64,000 nt of DNA from Puniceicoccaceae bacterium (GTDB taxonomy: Bacteria > Verrucomicrobiota > Verrucomicrobiia > Opitutales > Oceanipulchritudinaceae): positions 256,001 to 320,000 of the forward strand of contig JBFOMH010000005.1 of assembly GCA_040830765.1 (NCBI GenBank). Direction: 5' to 3'. Both the position numbers and the translations under genes were made by a program. Below, piece by piece: positions 20,978 through 31,073 of this stretch; positions within the stretch are counted from its first letter, which is position 1; each line of letters starts with the position of its first letter. The notes beneath the pieces are model-generated. The model saw only the letters and a program-made list of their open reading frames with translations, searched no databases and had not been told where the DNA came from.

Positions 20978-22003
20978 ATGCGTTCTTACTTTCTCCGCAG
21001 ACTGCTCCTTATTCCCCCGACCATTTTCGGAATCACCATCATCGTCTTCCTGATTACGCGGGTGGTACCTGGTGGGCCCATCGAACGGGCATTGATGGAA
21101 ATGCAGTCTGTCAATGTCAGTGCCGGCGTGACCGGAGGCAGCTTTTCCAACCAGCAACAGGCTATTTCCGAGGAACAACTGGAGCAACTGAAGGAATACT
21201 ACGGCTTCGACAAGCATCCCGTGGTCTCCTACTTCCACTGGCTGGGCAATGTCGTCCGGGGTGACCTGGGGACTTCCTACCGCTATAATGAGCCGGTGTG
21301 GTCGATTATCCGCGAGCGCTTCCCGATTTCCATATTCTACGGTATCCTGACCCTGATCATCACCTACTCGATTTGCGTTCCACTGGGCATCGTGAAGGCC
21401 ATCAAGCACCGAACCATGGTCGACAACATGTCCTCCATCCTCATCTTCACCGGCTACGCCATCCCGGGCTATGTGCTCGGGGCCCTGCTGGTCGTCTTTT
21501 TCGCCGCCCGGATGGAGTGGTTTCCCATGGGTGGCTTCACCAGTATCTACTTTGAGGACCTGAGCACCTGGGGCAAAGTCAAGGACATCGCCTCCCACGC
21601 GGTTCTTCCCCTCTGCTCCTACCTGATCGGGGCCTTTGCCCTGACTACCCTCCTGATGAAGAACCACCTCATGGACAACCTGGCGGCGGACTACATTCGC
21701 ACAGCGGTGGCCAAGGGCGTCTCGTTCAAGCAGGCGGTTGTCGGGCATGCCTTGAGGAATTCGCTCATTCCCATCGCCACCACTTTCGGCCAGAATATCA
21801 TCCTCCTGGTTGGCGGGTCTTTCCTCATCGAGACCATTTTCGATATCAACGGATTTGGGTTGCTGGGTTTCACCGCCATTCTCGACCGGGACTACCCGAT
21901 TGTCATGGGCGTCCTCCTCCTGACCAGTTTTCTCCTTTTGCTGGGCAACATCATCAGTGACTTCATCGTCGCCATGATTGATCCGCGCGTCCGTTTCCAG
22001 TGA
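20978..22003 (+). CDS. Peptide ABC transporter permease (YejB/OppB-like)
   Basis: 'YFLRRLLLI.PT..GI', 'PGGPIE', EAA-type loop 'RTAVAKG', ends DPRVRF. Confidence 0.92.
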   Translation: MRSYFLRRLLLIPPTIFGITIIVFLITRVVPGGPIERALMEMQSVNVSAGVTGGSFSNQQQAISEEQLEQLKEYYGFDKHPVVSYFHWLGNVVRGDLGTSYRYNEPVWSIIRERFPISIFYGILTLIITYSICVPLGIVKAIKHRTMVDNMSSILIFTGYAIPGYVLGALLVVFFAARMEWFPMGGFTSIYFEDLSTWGKVKDIASHAVLPLCSYLIGAFALTTLLMKNHLMDNLAADYIRTAVAKGVSFKQAVVGHALRNSLIPIATTFGQNIILLVGGSFLIETIFDINGFGLLGFTAILDRDYPIVMGVLLLTSFLLLLGNIISDFIVAMIDPRVRFQ

Positions 22004-22013
22004 TTTCCGCTCC

Positions 22014-23249
22014 ATGATTACCAACAAGCCAACCTCGACGATCTCCTTCCCCACCAAGCGTGTGGCGGTCTATGGGACCGTGGCCTTCCTGGGTCTGCTG
22101 AGCTTTCTCTTTGTCAACTGGCGCTTCGGGCTGGGTATCATCCTCATCGCCCTGATTCTTTCCATTTTCTCTATTCCCATCCGGCTCAATCCCCTGACGG
22201 TCAAGAAGATTGTCCGCTTCAAGCATATCCGCCGCGGTTATTATTCCTTCCTGGTTCTCCTTTTCCTGTCGGTGTTCTCCCTTTTCGCGGAGCTCGTTGC
22301 CAACAACCGGGCCCTGGTGGTTCGCTATGGGGGCGATACCTACTTTCCGACCTATTCGGATGTAAAGCTGGGCAAGACCTTTGGACTGGAAGGGCCGTTG
22401 GCTAACGCCCCGGTCAATTACCGCGACCTGCAAGCGAAGTTCAAGGCGGAGGGCGGCAATAACTGGGTCCTGATGCCGGTTGTTCCCTACGGACCAAATG
22501 AAAACAACCAGTTTGAGGGCGTTCTCAAGCCACGACCCCCAAACGCCGAGGCCAAGCATTACCTGGGGACCGACGGGACCGGTCGCGACATTACCTCACG
22601 TCTGATTTACGGGTTTCGCATAGCGGTCTTCTTCTCCCTCGCCTTCATGAGCTTGGTCTACCTGATCGGGATCACCATCGGTTCCCTGATGGGATATTTC
22701 GGGGGCTGGTTTGACCTCTTCGTGCAGCGGCTCATCGAAATCTGGTCGCTAGTTCCGTTTATTTACATGGTCATCATCATCTTCTCGGTGATTCCGACCA
22801 GTTTCTCGATCAGCACCCGGGTCAGTATCCTGCTCGGGATCATGGTGTTGTTTTCCTGGACCGGCATGACCTACTACATGCGGACGGCGACCTACAGGGA
22901 GAAGGCCCGCGATTACACCGCGGCTGCCCAAATCATCGGGGCCGGCCCGGCAAGGATTATTTTCAATCACATCCTGCCCAACACCATCAGCACGATCGTG
23001 ACCTTTATGCCATTCACCATGGCAGCTGCCATCACGGCCATCACCGCCCTCGACTTCCTTGGCTTCGGATTACCGCCCCCCACCCCGAGTATCGGGGAAA
23101 TCCTCAAGCAGGGAACGGCCCGTCTAGATGCGCCATGGATTGTCACCAGCGCCTTCGTGGCCCTTGTTTTCATTCTGACCCTCGTCACCTTTATCGGGGA
23201 AGCTGTCCGCGAGGCCTTCGACCCGAAGAAATTCACCACCTATCGTTAA
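22014..23249 (+). CDS. Peptide ABC transporter permease (YejE/OppC-like)
   Basis: 'HYLGTDGTGRD', 'HILPN', 'LDFLGFGLPPPTPS.GE', 'GEAVREAFDP'. Confidence 0.92.
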   Translation: MITNKPTSTISFPTKRVAVYGTVAFLGLLSFLFVNWRFGLGIILIALILSIFSIPIRLNPLTVKKIVRFKHIRRGYYSFLVLLFLSVFSLFAELVANNRALVVRYGGDTYFPTYSDVKLGKTFGLEGPLANAPVNYRDLQAKFKAEGGNNWVLMPVVPYGPNENNQFEGVLKPRPPNAEAKHYLGTDGTGRDITSRLIYGFRIAVFFSLAFMSLVYLIGITIGSLMGYFGGWFDLFVQRLIEIWSLVPFIYMVIIIFSVIPTSFSISTRVSILLGIMVLFSWTGMTYYMRTATYREKARDYTAAAQIIGAGPARIIFNHILPNTISTIVTFMPFTMAAAITAITALDFLGFGLPPPTPSIGEILKQGTARLDAPWIVTSAFVALVFILTLVTFIGEAVREAFDPKKFTTYR

Positions 23250-23253
23250 CGTC

Positions 23254-25371
23254 ATGAACCAATCCCTAACCTCATTACTGAAGTATCTCTCCCTCTTCTC
23301 CGTCCTGGCCGCGCTTCTCAGCGGATGTGGCGGCGGGTCCGATGACGCCGATACGGCCGAAGTCATCGACAACACCGCAGAGGTCGAGGAATACTACGCC
23401 ACTTTCAAACGCGTTCCCCTTGAATTGAAGGCCAAACTCGATTCCGGTGCCATCGGGCAGGAGGATTTCAACCGCGCCATGGAAGATGTCCCGCTATTCT
23501 TCCAATTCAAGACCATCGCCGACATCCCGGAGGGCCTTAACTGGACCAATGGCATGGAATTGCCGGAGTTTGGTTCCCCGAATGCCAAGAAAGGGGGAAC
23601 CATTTATTCCGCGCTGCAGGACTTCCCCCGGACCTTGCGTCGCGTTGGCCCGGATGCCAACGGCGGATTCAGGCCCTACATTCTCGACGATGTTGCCATG
23701 CGGATGGCCAAGCGTCACCCCAACGTGACGGGAATTGGTCCGGACGGACACTATTACTATCCCGAACTGGCCAAGGAATGGGCCGTGGACAAGGAAAACA
23801 AGACGGTCTATGTGCGCCTCGACCCGGACGCCCGCTGGTCCGATGGCGAGCGTGTGACAGTAGATGACTACATGTTCATGTTCTTCTTCTTCCAGTCCTC
23901 CTACATTCAGGCCCCATGGTACAACAACTGGTACACGGAGATGTACACCAACATCACCAAGTATGACGACCACACTCTCTCCATGAGTGTTCCGGAAGCC
24001 AAACCCGACATGAATTCAAGGGTGCTGGAACTGGTCCCGGTGGCCCGCCACTTCTTCAAGGAGTTGGGTGATGACTACGTCCAGCGTTACCAGTGGCGCT
24101 TCCAACCGACGACCGGGGCCTATGTCATCAAGGAGGAAGATATCAAGAAAGGCCGCTCCATTACCCTCACCCGCCAGAAGGACTGGTGGGCCAAGGACAA
24201 GAAGTTTCTCCGCTACCGCTACAATTACGACCGCATCCACCTGACGGTCATCCGCGATATTCCCAAGATGTTCGAATCCTTCAAGCGGGGAGACCTGGAT
24301 GCCACCGGCTTGGTTAACCTACCGGAGTACAATTATGAGAAGCTGCCGGACAGCGATCCTGACATCCAGAAGGGCTACATCCACAAGGCCACTTTCTACA
24401 ACGACATACCGCGTCCCAGCTACGGCTTATGGATCAACCAGGCCAAGCCGCTTTTGGACAACCAGAACATCCGCGTCGGTATCCACCATGCGACCAACTG
24501 GCAGCGGGTTATTGATGAGTATTTTCGTGGTGACTACATCCGTATGAATACCACCGCTGACGGGTATGGTGAATTCACCCATCCCACCCTGCGCTCACGG
24601 CCTTACGATGTCGACAAGGCCCTTGAGGAATTCGCCAAGGCAGGCTTCACCGAGCGCGGTCCCGATGGAATCCTTGTCAACGCCGATGGCCAGCGCCTCT
24701 CCTTTACCCTCAGCACCGGATACCGCACCTTCCAGGACCTCCTGACCATCCTCAAGGAAGAGGCGGCCAATGCAGGCCTGGAATTCCGTCTCGAGGTCCT
24801 CGACGGTACGGCCGGCTGGAAAATGGCCCAGGAGAAGAAGCACGATATCACTTTCTCCGCCCTGAATGTGTCCCCGGAGATGTATCCCCGTTACTGGGAA
24901 ACTTACCACGCCGACAATGCCTACGACAAACCATGGCTTGAAGACGGCGTGACGCCCAATCCTGAGCGCAAGATCAAGACCCAGACCAACAACCTGCAGT
25001 CGGTCGCCATTCCCGAACTGGATGCCCTTATCTCCGCCTACCGCCGCTCGGATGACGCGGATGAGATGAGGCAACTGGCCTTCCAGATGGAAGAAATCCT
25101 CTACGAGGACGCCTCTTTCGTCCCGGCCTTTGTCCGGCCCAACTACCGGGCCGCTTATTGGCGCTGGGTCCAGTATCCGGAAGACTTCAACGTCAAGTTG
25201 AGCCGCAGCAGTGGGGAGTACTTCCTTGCCTGGATTGACGAGGACTTGAAAAAGGAAACCCAGGAAGCCCGCAAGTCGGGCAAGACCTTCCCGGTCTCAA
25301 TCGAGGTATACGACCAGTATGCACCTAAATCCATAACGGAGGAACCAAGCCTTGCCGGAATTGCTCCTTGA
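23254..25371 (+). CDS. Peptide ABC transporter substrate-binding lipoprotein (YejA-like, family 5)
   Basis: Lipobox LSGC; 'PNAKKGG', 'ARWSDG..VT.DD'. Confidence 0.9.
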   Translation: MNQSLTSLLKYLSLFSVLAALLSGCGGGSDDADTAEVIDNTAEVEEYYATFKRVPLELKAKLDSGAIGQEDFNRAMEDVPLFFQFKTIADIPEGLNWTNGMELPEFGSPNAKKGGTIYSALQDFPRTLRRVGPDANGGFRPYILDDVAMRMAKRHPNVTGIGPDGHYYYPELAKEWAVDKENKTVYVRLDPDARWSDGERVTVDDYMFMFFFFQSSYIQAPWYNNWYTEMYTNITKYDDHTLSMSVPEAKPDMNSRVLELVPVARHFFKELGDDYVQRYQWRFQPTTGAYVIKEEDIKKGRSITLTRQKDWWAKDKKFLRYRYNYDRIHLTVIRDIPKMFESFKRGDLDATGLVNLPEYNYEKLPDSDPDIQKGYIHKATFYNDIPRPSYGLWINQAKPLLDNQNIRVGIHHATNWQRVIDEYFRGDYIRMNTTADGYGEFTHPTLRSRPYDVDKALEEFAKAGFTERGPDGILVNADGQRLSFTLSTGYRTFQDLLTILKEEAANAGLEFRLEVLDGTAGWKMAQEKKHDITFSALNVSPEMYPRYWETYHADNAYDKPWLEDGVTPNPERKIKTQTNNLQSVAIPELDALISAYRRSDDADEMRQLAFQMEEILYEDASFVPAFVRPNYRAAYWRWVQYPEDFNVKLSRSSGEYFLAWIDEDLKKETQEARKSGKTFPVSIEVYDQYAPKSITEEPSLAGIAP

Positions 25372-26371
25372 TGTCCGGAATCTGGTCACGGCGTTCGACA
25401 CGGACGCTGGACAGGTAACGGCTGTTGACGGTGTCAGCTTCACCGTCGAGAAAGGCAAAACCCTCGGGATTGTCGGTGAGTCCGGCTGTGGAAAAAGCGT
25501 CACTGCGCTTTCCATCATCCGCCTCCTGCCGCAACCGATGGGCAAGATCCTCGGCGGGCAGGTGCTCTTCGGCGACCGCGACCTGACGAAGGTCTCAGAT
25601 GAGGAGATCCACAAGGTCCGGGGTGGCCAAATCGGCATGATCTTCCAAGAGCCGCTTACCGCTCTCAATCCAGTGCACCGGATTGGGCGCCAGTTGAGCG
25701 AGGTCTTCCTCCTTCACATGGACATTTCCAAGAAGGAAGCTTGGGACCGGTCCATCGAAATTCTCAAGAAGGTGGGAATCCCCTCCCCGGAAATCCGGGC
25801 CACGGAGTATCCCCACCAGCTTTCCGGCGGCATGCGACAGCGCGTCGTCATCGCAATGGCGCTGGCCTGCAAACCGAGCTTGGTCATTGCCGACGAGCCA
25901 ACGACCGCCCTCGATGTCACCATTCAGGCCCAGATTCTCGAGCTGATGAAGGAGCTTCAGCGGGACATGGGAATGTCCATCATCATGATCACCCATGACC
26001 TCGGTGTCATCGCCGAGACTTGTGACGATGTGGTTGTCATGTACGCCGGGCGGGTTGCCGAGAAGGGCTCTGTGGAGGATATCTTCCACCGGCCTGCCCA
26101 CCTCTACACCAAGGGCCTGCTGGATTCGATTCCCCGCTTGGAAAACGAGCGCAAAAGCCGCCTCCAGACGATCGACGGATATGTCCCCGGCCTTCTGGAA
26201 CTGCCGGTCGGGGCCCGCTTTGCCCCGCGTTCACCCCACCCGGATGCCGCCGCCTACACCGAGTCGGATGCCTACCGCTCCGAGCGCCCCGAGCTGATTG
26301 AAATTGAACCCGGCCACTGGGTCGAGGACCACCCGGTTGTCCGGGTTGACCAAATGCCTTCCGTCACATGA
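25352..26371 (+). CDS. Oligopeptide ABC ATP-binding protein (OppD-like)
   Basis: GESGCGKS, YPHQLSGGMRQR, DEPTTALDVT. Confidence 0.95.
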   Translation: MPELLLDVRNLVTAFDTDAGQVTAVDGVSFTVEKGKTLGIVGESGCGKSVTALSIIRLLPQPMGKILGGQVLFGDRDLTKVSDEEIHKVRGGQIGMIFQEPLTALNPVHRIGRQLSEVFLLHMDISKKEAWDRSIEILKKVGIPSPEIRATEYPHQLSGGMRQRVVIAMALACKPSLVIADEPTTALDVTIQAQILELMKELQRDMGMSIIMITHDLGVIAETCDDVVVMYAGRVAEKGSVEDIFHRPAHLYTKGLLDSIPRLENERKSRLQTIDGYVPGLLELPVGARFAPRSPHPDAAAYTESDAYRSERPELIEIEPGHWVEDHPVVRVDQMPSVT

Positions 26372-27402
26372 GCGCCACGACCACACATACGGAGCCGTCC
26401 ACCAACGGGAAGCCTCTGCTGGAAATCAAGGGGCTCAAGAAGTATTTCCCGGTCAAGGGAGGGGTGTTTCTGCGAACCAAGGCGCACCTTAAGGCGGTTG
26501 ATGATGTCAGCCTCTTTATCAAACCCGGTGAAACCCTGGGTCTTGTCGGGGAATCCGGTTGCGGCAAATCGACCCTGGGGAAGTGTGTCTGTCGATTACA
26601 CGAAGTCACTGGCGGGGAAATCCATTTCAAGGGAGACGACATCACCCACCTCCACCGAAAGGCCCTGAAGCCCTACCGTCGGGATATCCAGATGATTTTC
26701 CAGGATCCCGCGGAATCCCTCAATTCGCGGCATTCAGTGGGTAATATCCTTGAGGAACCCCTCCTCATCCACGGGGTCAAGGAAGGGCGGGAGCGGCGCC
26801 AGAAGGTGGCCAAGATCCTCGATACAGTTGGCCTTCCTTCCGATTCGGTACACCGCTTTCCCTTTGAATTTTCGGGTGGCCAGCGTCAGCGTATCGGCAT
26901 TGCCCGGGCCATCTCCCTCAATCCGGAACTGGTCGTTTGCGATGAGCCGGTTTCGGCACTCGATGTTTCCGTGCAAAGCCAGATCCTCAACCTGATGATG
27001 GACCTGCAGAAGGAGTTCAATCTCTCCTATCTCTTCATTGCCCATGATCTGGCGGTGGTGAAGCATATTTCCGACCGCATCGCCATCATGTACCTCGGGA
27101 AGATTGTCGAGTTGGGCCCGGCTGATGAGATTTTCCGCAATCCCATCCATGCCTACACCAAGGCCCTGATTTCCGCCATCCCACTTCCCGAGCCGCATGC
27201 CAAGCGCGAGCATATTCTCCTCAAGGGCGACGTTCCCTCCCCAATCGATCCACCACCGGGTTGCGCCTTTGCCCGCCGGTCCTGGATCTCCTGTACCGAG
27301 GAGGAAATGAACCAGCCCGGCGAGTTCAAGGAGGTCAAACCGGGTCACTGGGTGGAGGTCCATCCGGGTACGGTCGAGAACTACGCCCAGTACGTCTCCT
27401 GA
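26368..27402 (+). CDS. Oligopeptide ABC ATP-binding protein (OppF-like)
   Basis: GESGCGKS, FSGGQRQRIGIAR, DEPVSALDVS. Confidence 0.95.
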   Translation: MSATTTHTEPSTNGKPLLEIKGLKKYFPVKGGVFLRTKAHLKAVDDVSLFIKPGETLGLVGESGCGKSTLGKCVCRLHEVTGGEIHFKGDDITHLHRKALKPYRRDIQMIFQDPAESLNSRHSVGNILEEPLLIHGVKEGRERRQKVAKILDTVGLPSDSVHRFPFEFSGGQRQRIGIARAISLNPELVVCDEPVSALDVSVQSQILNLMMDLQKEFNLSYLFIAHDLAVVKHISDRIAIMYLGKIVELGPADEIFRNPIHAYTKALISAIPLPEPHAKREHILLKGDVPSPIDPPPGCAFARRSWISCTEEEMNQPGEFKEVKPGHWVEVHPGTVENYAQYVS

Positions 27403-27428
27403 ACTGGAAATTCACTTTTCCTTTTGCC

Positions 27429-27445
27429 TGGGCACGCAATCTGCT
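27429..27445 (+). promoter_or_regulatory. Candidate sigma54 (-24/-12) promoter
   Basis: TGGGCACGCAATCTGCT has exact GG-N10-GC spacing and the GGCACG core; it ends 16 nt before the ATG at 27461. Confidence 0.6.
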
Positions 27446-27460
27446 CTTAACTCAGGTGAG

Positions 27461-28633
27461 ATGAGTGGGAACGCTAAAAACGACACGGCCGTCGCGTCCG
27501 TGGCGGCATACCGTGACAAGTTGGAATCGCTCCGGGAGCAGGTTCTGGCGGATGCCGTAATGATTGGGGAAATCCCGGCCCCGACCTTTGAGGAAGATCG
27601 CCTCGTCAACTTCCTTAGCGACCGTTTTACCGAGGAAGGCCTGGATCAAGTCACCGTGGACGAGGTCCATAACGTGACGGCTATCCTGCCCGGAAAAACG
27701 GGTGCAAAGAACATTCTTGTCGCCGCCCATATTGACCGGGTCTGGGATGCCTCCATCGACCACACCATCACGGTCACCTCCGACAGCCTGATCGGTCCGG
27801 GAATAGCAGATAACGCTCTCGGAGTAGCCTCCCTTCCAATGTTGCCCGTAATGCTGCAAGTCCTTGGTATTGAGTTAGATGCCAACCTCGTCCTCCTGGG
27901 TGCCAGCCGAAGTCTGGGTCGCGGGGATTTGGAAGGCCTGCGCTTTTTCACCGACAATGTCCCCATGACCATCGGGGCGGGGGTTTGTGTTGAAGGGGTG
28001 CAGCTGGGACGGCTCAGCTATTCCTCACTGGGAATGAACCGCTGCGAGATAAATGTCAGCACGCCGGAGGAGCAGCATTGGGAGTCGTGGAGCCTTTCCG
28101 GGGCCATCATAACCCTCAACAAGATTGTCCAGCAGATCCTCGCCATCAAGATTCCGGTTGTTCCCAAGACCTCCATTATTCTCGGGTCCATTTTCTCGGG
28201 CAGCTCCTTCAATGTTCCCTCCACCCGGGCCACCCTGCGATTTGAAGTACGCAGCGAGGAACCCGGCATGGTGGCAAGTATCCGGGAGCAGATTGAGGAG
28301 CTGATCGAGATGACCATCGCCGAGCAGCGGGTGGACGTCTCGCTGGAAGTGCTGGCGCGACGCAAGCCCGGTTCCATCGGGTTTGATCATCCTTATGTCA
28401 GGGCCGCAAGGGATATCCTCAAGGGCCTCGACATCGATCCACTGGTTGCCCCTTCGATTAGTGAACTCTCTGTTCTTATTGAAAAAGGCATCCCCTCCAT
28501 GACACTCGGCCTGACACATGGGGACCGGAAACACCAACTCGATGAATCTGTCCAGATTGCCCCTTTGTTCAAAGGTCTGGCGCAACTGGTGGCCGTTCTT
28601 CAATCCATCGACCAACTTCTCGAAAATGAATAA
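27461..28633 (+). CDS. M20/M25/M40-fold peptidase-like protein, possibly catalytically degenerate
   Basis: 'AHID', 'GPGIADN', dimerisation domain 'SFNVP', C-terminal His; the expected 'EE' motif is replaced in 'SRSLGRGDL'. Confidence 0.8.
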   Translation: MSGNAKNDTAVASVAAYRDKLESLREQVLADAVMIGEIPAPTFEEDRLVNFLSDRFTEEGLDQVTVDEVHNVTAILPGKTGAKNILVAAHIDRVWDASIDHTITVTSDSLIGPGIADNALGVASLPMLPVMLQVLGIELDANLVLLGASRSLGRGDLEGLRFFTDNVPMTIGAGVCVEGVQLGRLSYSSLGMNRCEINVSTPEEQHWESWSLSGAIITLNKIVQQILAIKIPVVPKTSIILGSIFSGSSFNVPSTRATLRFEVRSEEPGMVASIREQIEELIEMTIAEQRVDVSLEVLARRKPGSIGFDHPYVRAARDILKGLDIDPLVAPSISELSVLIEKGIPSMTLGLTHGDRKHQLDESVQIAPLFKGLAQLVAVLQSIDQLLENE

Positions 28634-29618
28634 GATAGACAGCTGGCTGAAGTCGAACACCTTCCACCACGGTGAGTTCTGGGACCTGCTCAAGCTGGTC
28701 AAGGAGAAGGAGAAGAAGAACCTGAAAATTTCCCTCTGTATCCCAACCCTCAATGAGGAGAAAACGATTGGGAAGGAAATCATTATTTTCAAAAGCGCCC
28801 TCATGGACCGGTATCCGCTCATTGATGAAATAGCGGTTATTGATTCCGGCTCAACCGACAAGACGGCCGAGGTGGCCGAAGCCTATGGGGCAGATGTCTA
28901 CCTCTCCGCGGACATCCTCCCCAGCCAGGGATTCAAACGCGGCAAGGGGGAGAATCTCTGGAAAGCCATCTACCAACTGGAAGGGGACATCATCTGCTAT
29001 GTCGATGCGGATATTAAAAACATCCACCCGCGCTTTGCCACCGGCCTGGTAGCCCCGCTCATTTATCATGATGAAATGCAGTACATCAAGGCCTTCTACG
29101 ACCGCCCGCTGGCCTTCTCCCAAGGAGTTCGTCCCTCCGGCGGGGGACGGGTGACTGAAATCCTCGTCCGGCCGCTGTTCTCCCTCTTCTTTCCAGAATT
29201 GACGGCGTTGATCCAACCCCTCTCCGGGGAATATGCCGTCCGACGGGAAGTTTTGCAATCGATCCCCTTCCCCATCGGTTATGGCGTCGAAACTTCACAC
29301 ATCATTGATGTCTATATGAAGCACGGTCTGGAGGCCTTCGGACAGACAGACCTCGACCAGCGGGTCCACCGCAATCAGGCGACCCTGGATCTCGGGAAAA
29401 TGTCCTTCGGCATCCTGCAAAGCTTCCTTAACCGGATGGAATCCTACGGACTGGTCGACAAGTTCCCGGAGATGTCGAACACCTTCCGCCAGTTCCAGGC
29501 GGAGGGGAACCGCTACGAGCAGGTTTTAAAGGAAATTGTCGAGGAAGAGCGCCCACCCATGGTGACCATTCCTGAATATTGTCAGAAGTTCGGTATCGAG
29601 GATTCTGCTACGGGCTGA
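28626..29618 (+). CDS. gpgS: Glucosyl-3-phosphoglycerate synthase (GT81)
   Basis: 'IPTLNEE.TIG', 'DSGSTD', 'GKGENLWK', DAD, 'GGRVTEILVRP', 'QPLSGEYA', 'GYGVE', 'RVHRNQ'. Confidence 0.9.
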   Translation: MNKIDSWLKSNTFHHGEFWDLLKLVKEKEKKNLKISLCIPTLNEEKTIGKEIIIFKSALMDRYPLIDEIAVIDSGSTDKTAEVAEAYGADVYLSADILPSQGFKRGKGENLWKAIYQLEGDIICYVDADIKNIHPRFATGLVAPLIYHDEMQYIKAFYDRPLAFSQGVRPSGGGRVTEILVRPLFSLFFPELTALIQPLSGEYAVRREVLQSIPFPIGYGVETSHIIDVYMKHGLEAFGQTDLDQRVHRNQATLDLGKMSFGILQSFLNRMESYGLVDKFPEMSNTFRQFQAEGNRYEQVLKEIVEEERPPMVTIPEYCQKFGIEDSATG

Positions 29619-29619
29619 G

Positions 29620-31062
29620 ATGCGACTGGCCATTGTCCATTATCACCTGCGGCGTGGAGGGGTGACCCGGGTCATCGCCAATGCACTGAAAGCACTGGGT
29701 GATGAGGGAAAGGAAGCGGTTGTCCTATCATCCACTGAATCCGAAGAGCCACTCCCCTGCAAGGTGGCTGTTGTCCCAGAGTTGGCCTACTGCGAATCTG
29801 CCTCAAGGGAGGCTGTGGATGGGCTTTACCAGGGCATGCTAAAGGCAGCTGAGGACGCCTTGGGCGGAACTCCCGACTTGTGGCACATCCACAACCATGG
29901 TCTTGGCAAGAACGTCAACTTTCCGCCGGTTCTCAAGCGTTTGCTGAATGAGGGACATCGGGCCCTCCTGCAGATTCACGACTTCTCCGAGGATGGCCGC
30001 CCGGGCAATTACACCAGTCAGCTGAATCCATTTACTGAGGGATTATTTGATAACTACGACCAATGCCTCTATCCACTGGCACCACAGGTGGCCTATGCCG
30101 TCCTCAATGGGCGGGACCGGTCCATCCTTGAAAAGGCCGGTATACCGCCTGAGCAAATTCACTGGCTGCCTAATGCGGTCACGGTCCCGCGGATCGAGGC
30201 GAATCCCCGCCCGGCAGAATCCGGCAAGCCGCTTATTCTCTACCCAACCCGTGGGATACGTCGCAAGAACCTGGGAGAGATCCTGCTTTTATCTCAACTG
30301 CACCCGGAGGCCCGCTTCGGAACGACTTTGGCTCCCAAGAATCCGCAGTGGTTCAAATATTATGACGAATGGACGCGCCTTTCCAGTGAACTGGGACTCG
30401 GGGTGGAGTTTGGATTGGGCGAACAAGCAGATATCAGCTTCGGGGACCTGGTGGCTTCCGCTTCCGCCATGGTAACCACCAGCGTCGGCGAGGGCTTTGG
30501 TCTCGCTTACCTTGAGCCATGGCTATTTGGCAAACAGCTCTGCGGTCGGGATCTGCCCGAGATAACCCGGGACTTCAAGGATAACAACATCCGGTTGGCA
30601 GACCTTTACGAAGAACTTCCCGTCCCCTGCTCCTCCTTTGCCAGCGATAAGCTCCGTGAGCGTTATTCGGATTCATTGGCCTCAACGTACGCCGCCTACG
30701 GCCGGACAACCGACCGGGAACTCCTTGATGAAGCATGGGACGCAATCACCAGCGGCGGACAGATCGACTTTGGCCGGCTTGATGAAATCGCCCAGGCAGA
30801 AGTTATCCGTTACACAAAAGACCATCCCAGCGCCATTCAATCACCCCTGCCTTCTCTTCCGGATCTACTCGATCACGAGGCCCTCCAGGTGAACGCCGAA
30901 CGCATTCGATCAACCTACGGATTGACGCAGTATGGAACATTGCTGCGGCAAATCTACCATACGGTCCTGGAGGCACCTGCTGAGGAAGTACTGGGTCTTC
31001 CCTCAGAGGCGGTTCTGCAGGAATTCCTCGATACCCGACGCTTCAACCTACTGCGGACGTAG
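29620..31062 (+). CDS. GT4-type glycosyltransferase, possibly mannosylglucosyl-3-phosphoglycerate synthase-like
   Basis: 'HYHLRRGGVTRV', 'HNH.LGKN', 'R.IRRKN', 'EGFGLAYLE'; adjacent to gpgS. Confidence 0.75.
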   Translation: MRLAIVHYHLRRGGVTRVIANALKALGDEGKEAVVLSSTESEEPLPCKVAVVPELAYCESASREAVDGLYQGMLKAAEDALGGTPDLWHIHNHGLGKNVNFPPVLKRLLNEGHRALLQIHDFSEDGRPGNYTSQLNPFTEGLFDNYDQCLYPLAPQVAYAVLNGRDRSILEKAGIPPEQIHWLPNAVTVPRIEANPRPAESGKPLILYPTRGIRRKNLGEILLLSQLHPEARFGTTLAPKNPQWFKYYDEWTRLSSELGLGVEFGLGEQADISFGDLVASASAMVTTSVGEGFGLAYLEPWLFGKQLCGRDLPEITRDFKDNNIRLADLYEELPVPCSSFASDKLRERYSDSLASTYAAYGRTTDRELLDEAWDAITSGGQIDFGRLDEIAQAEVIRYTKDHPSAIQSPLPSLPDLLDHEALQVNAERIRSTYGLTQYGTLLRQIYHTVLEAPAEEVLGLPSEAVLQEFLDTRRFNLLRT

Positions 31063-31073
31063 CGGAAATCCAG

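Noticed and set aside
20594..22057. Long antisense ORFs (e.g. 20594-22057, 37422-38642, 43630-44907, 5442-6575, 62747-63856)
   Set aside because: Shadow frames opposite well-supported genes, expected from GC-rich codon bias; no motifs
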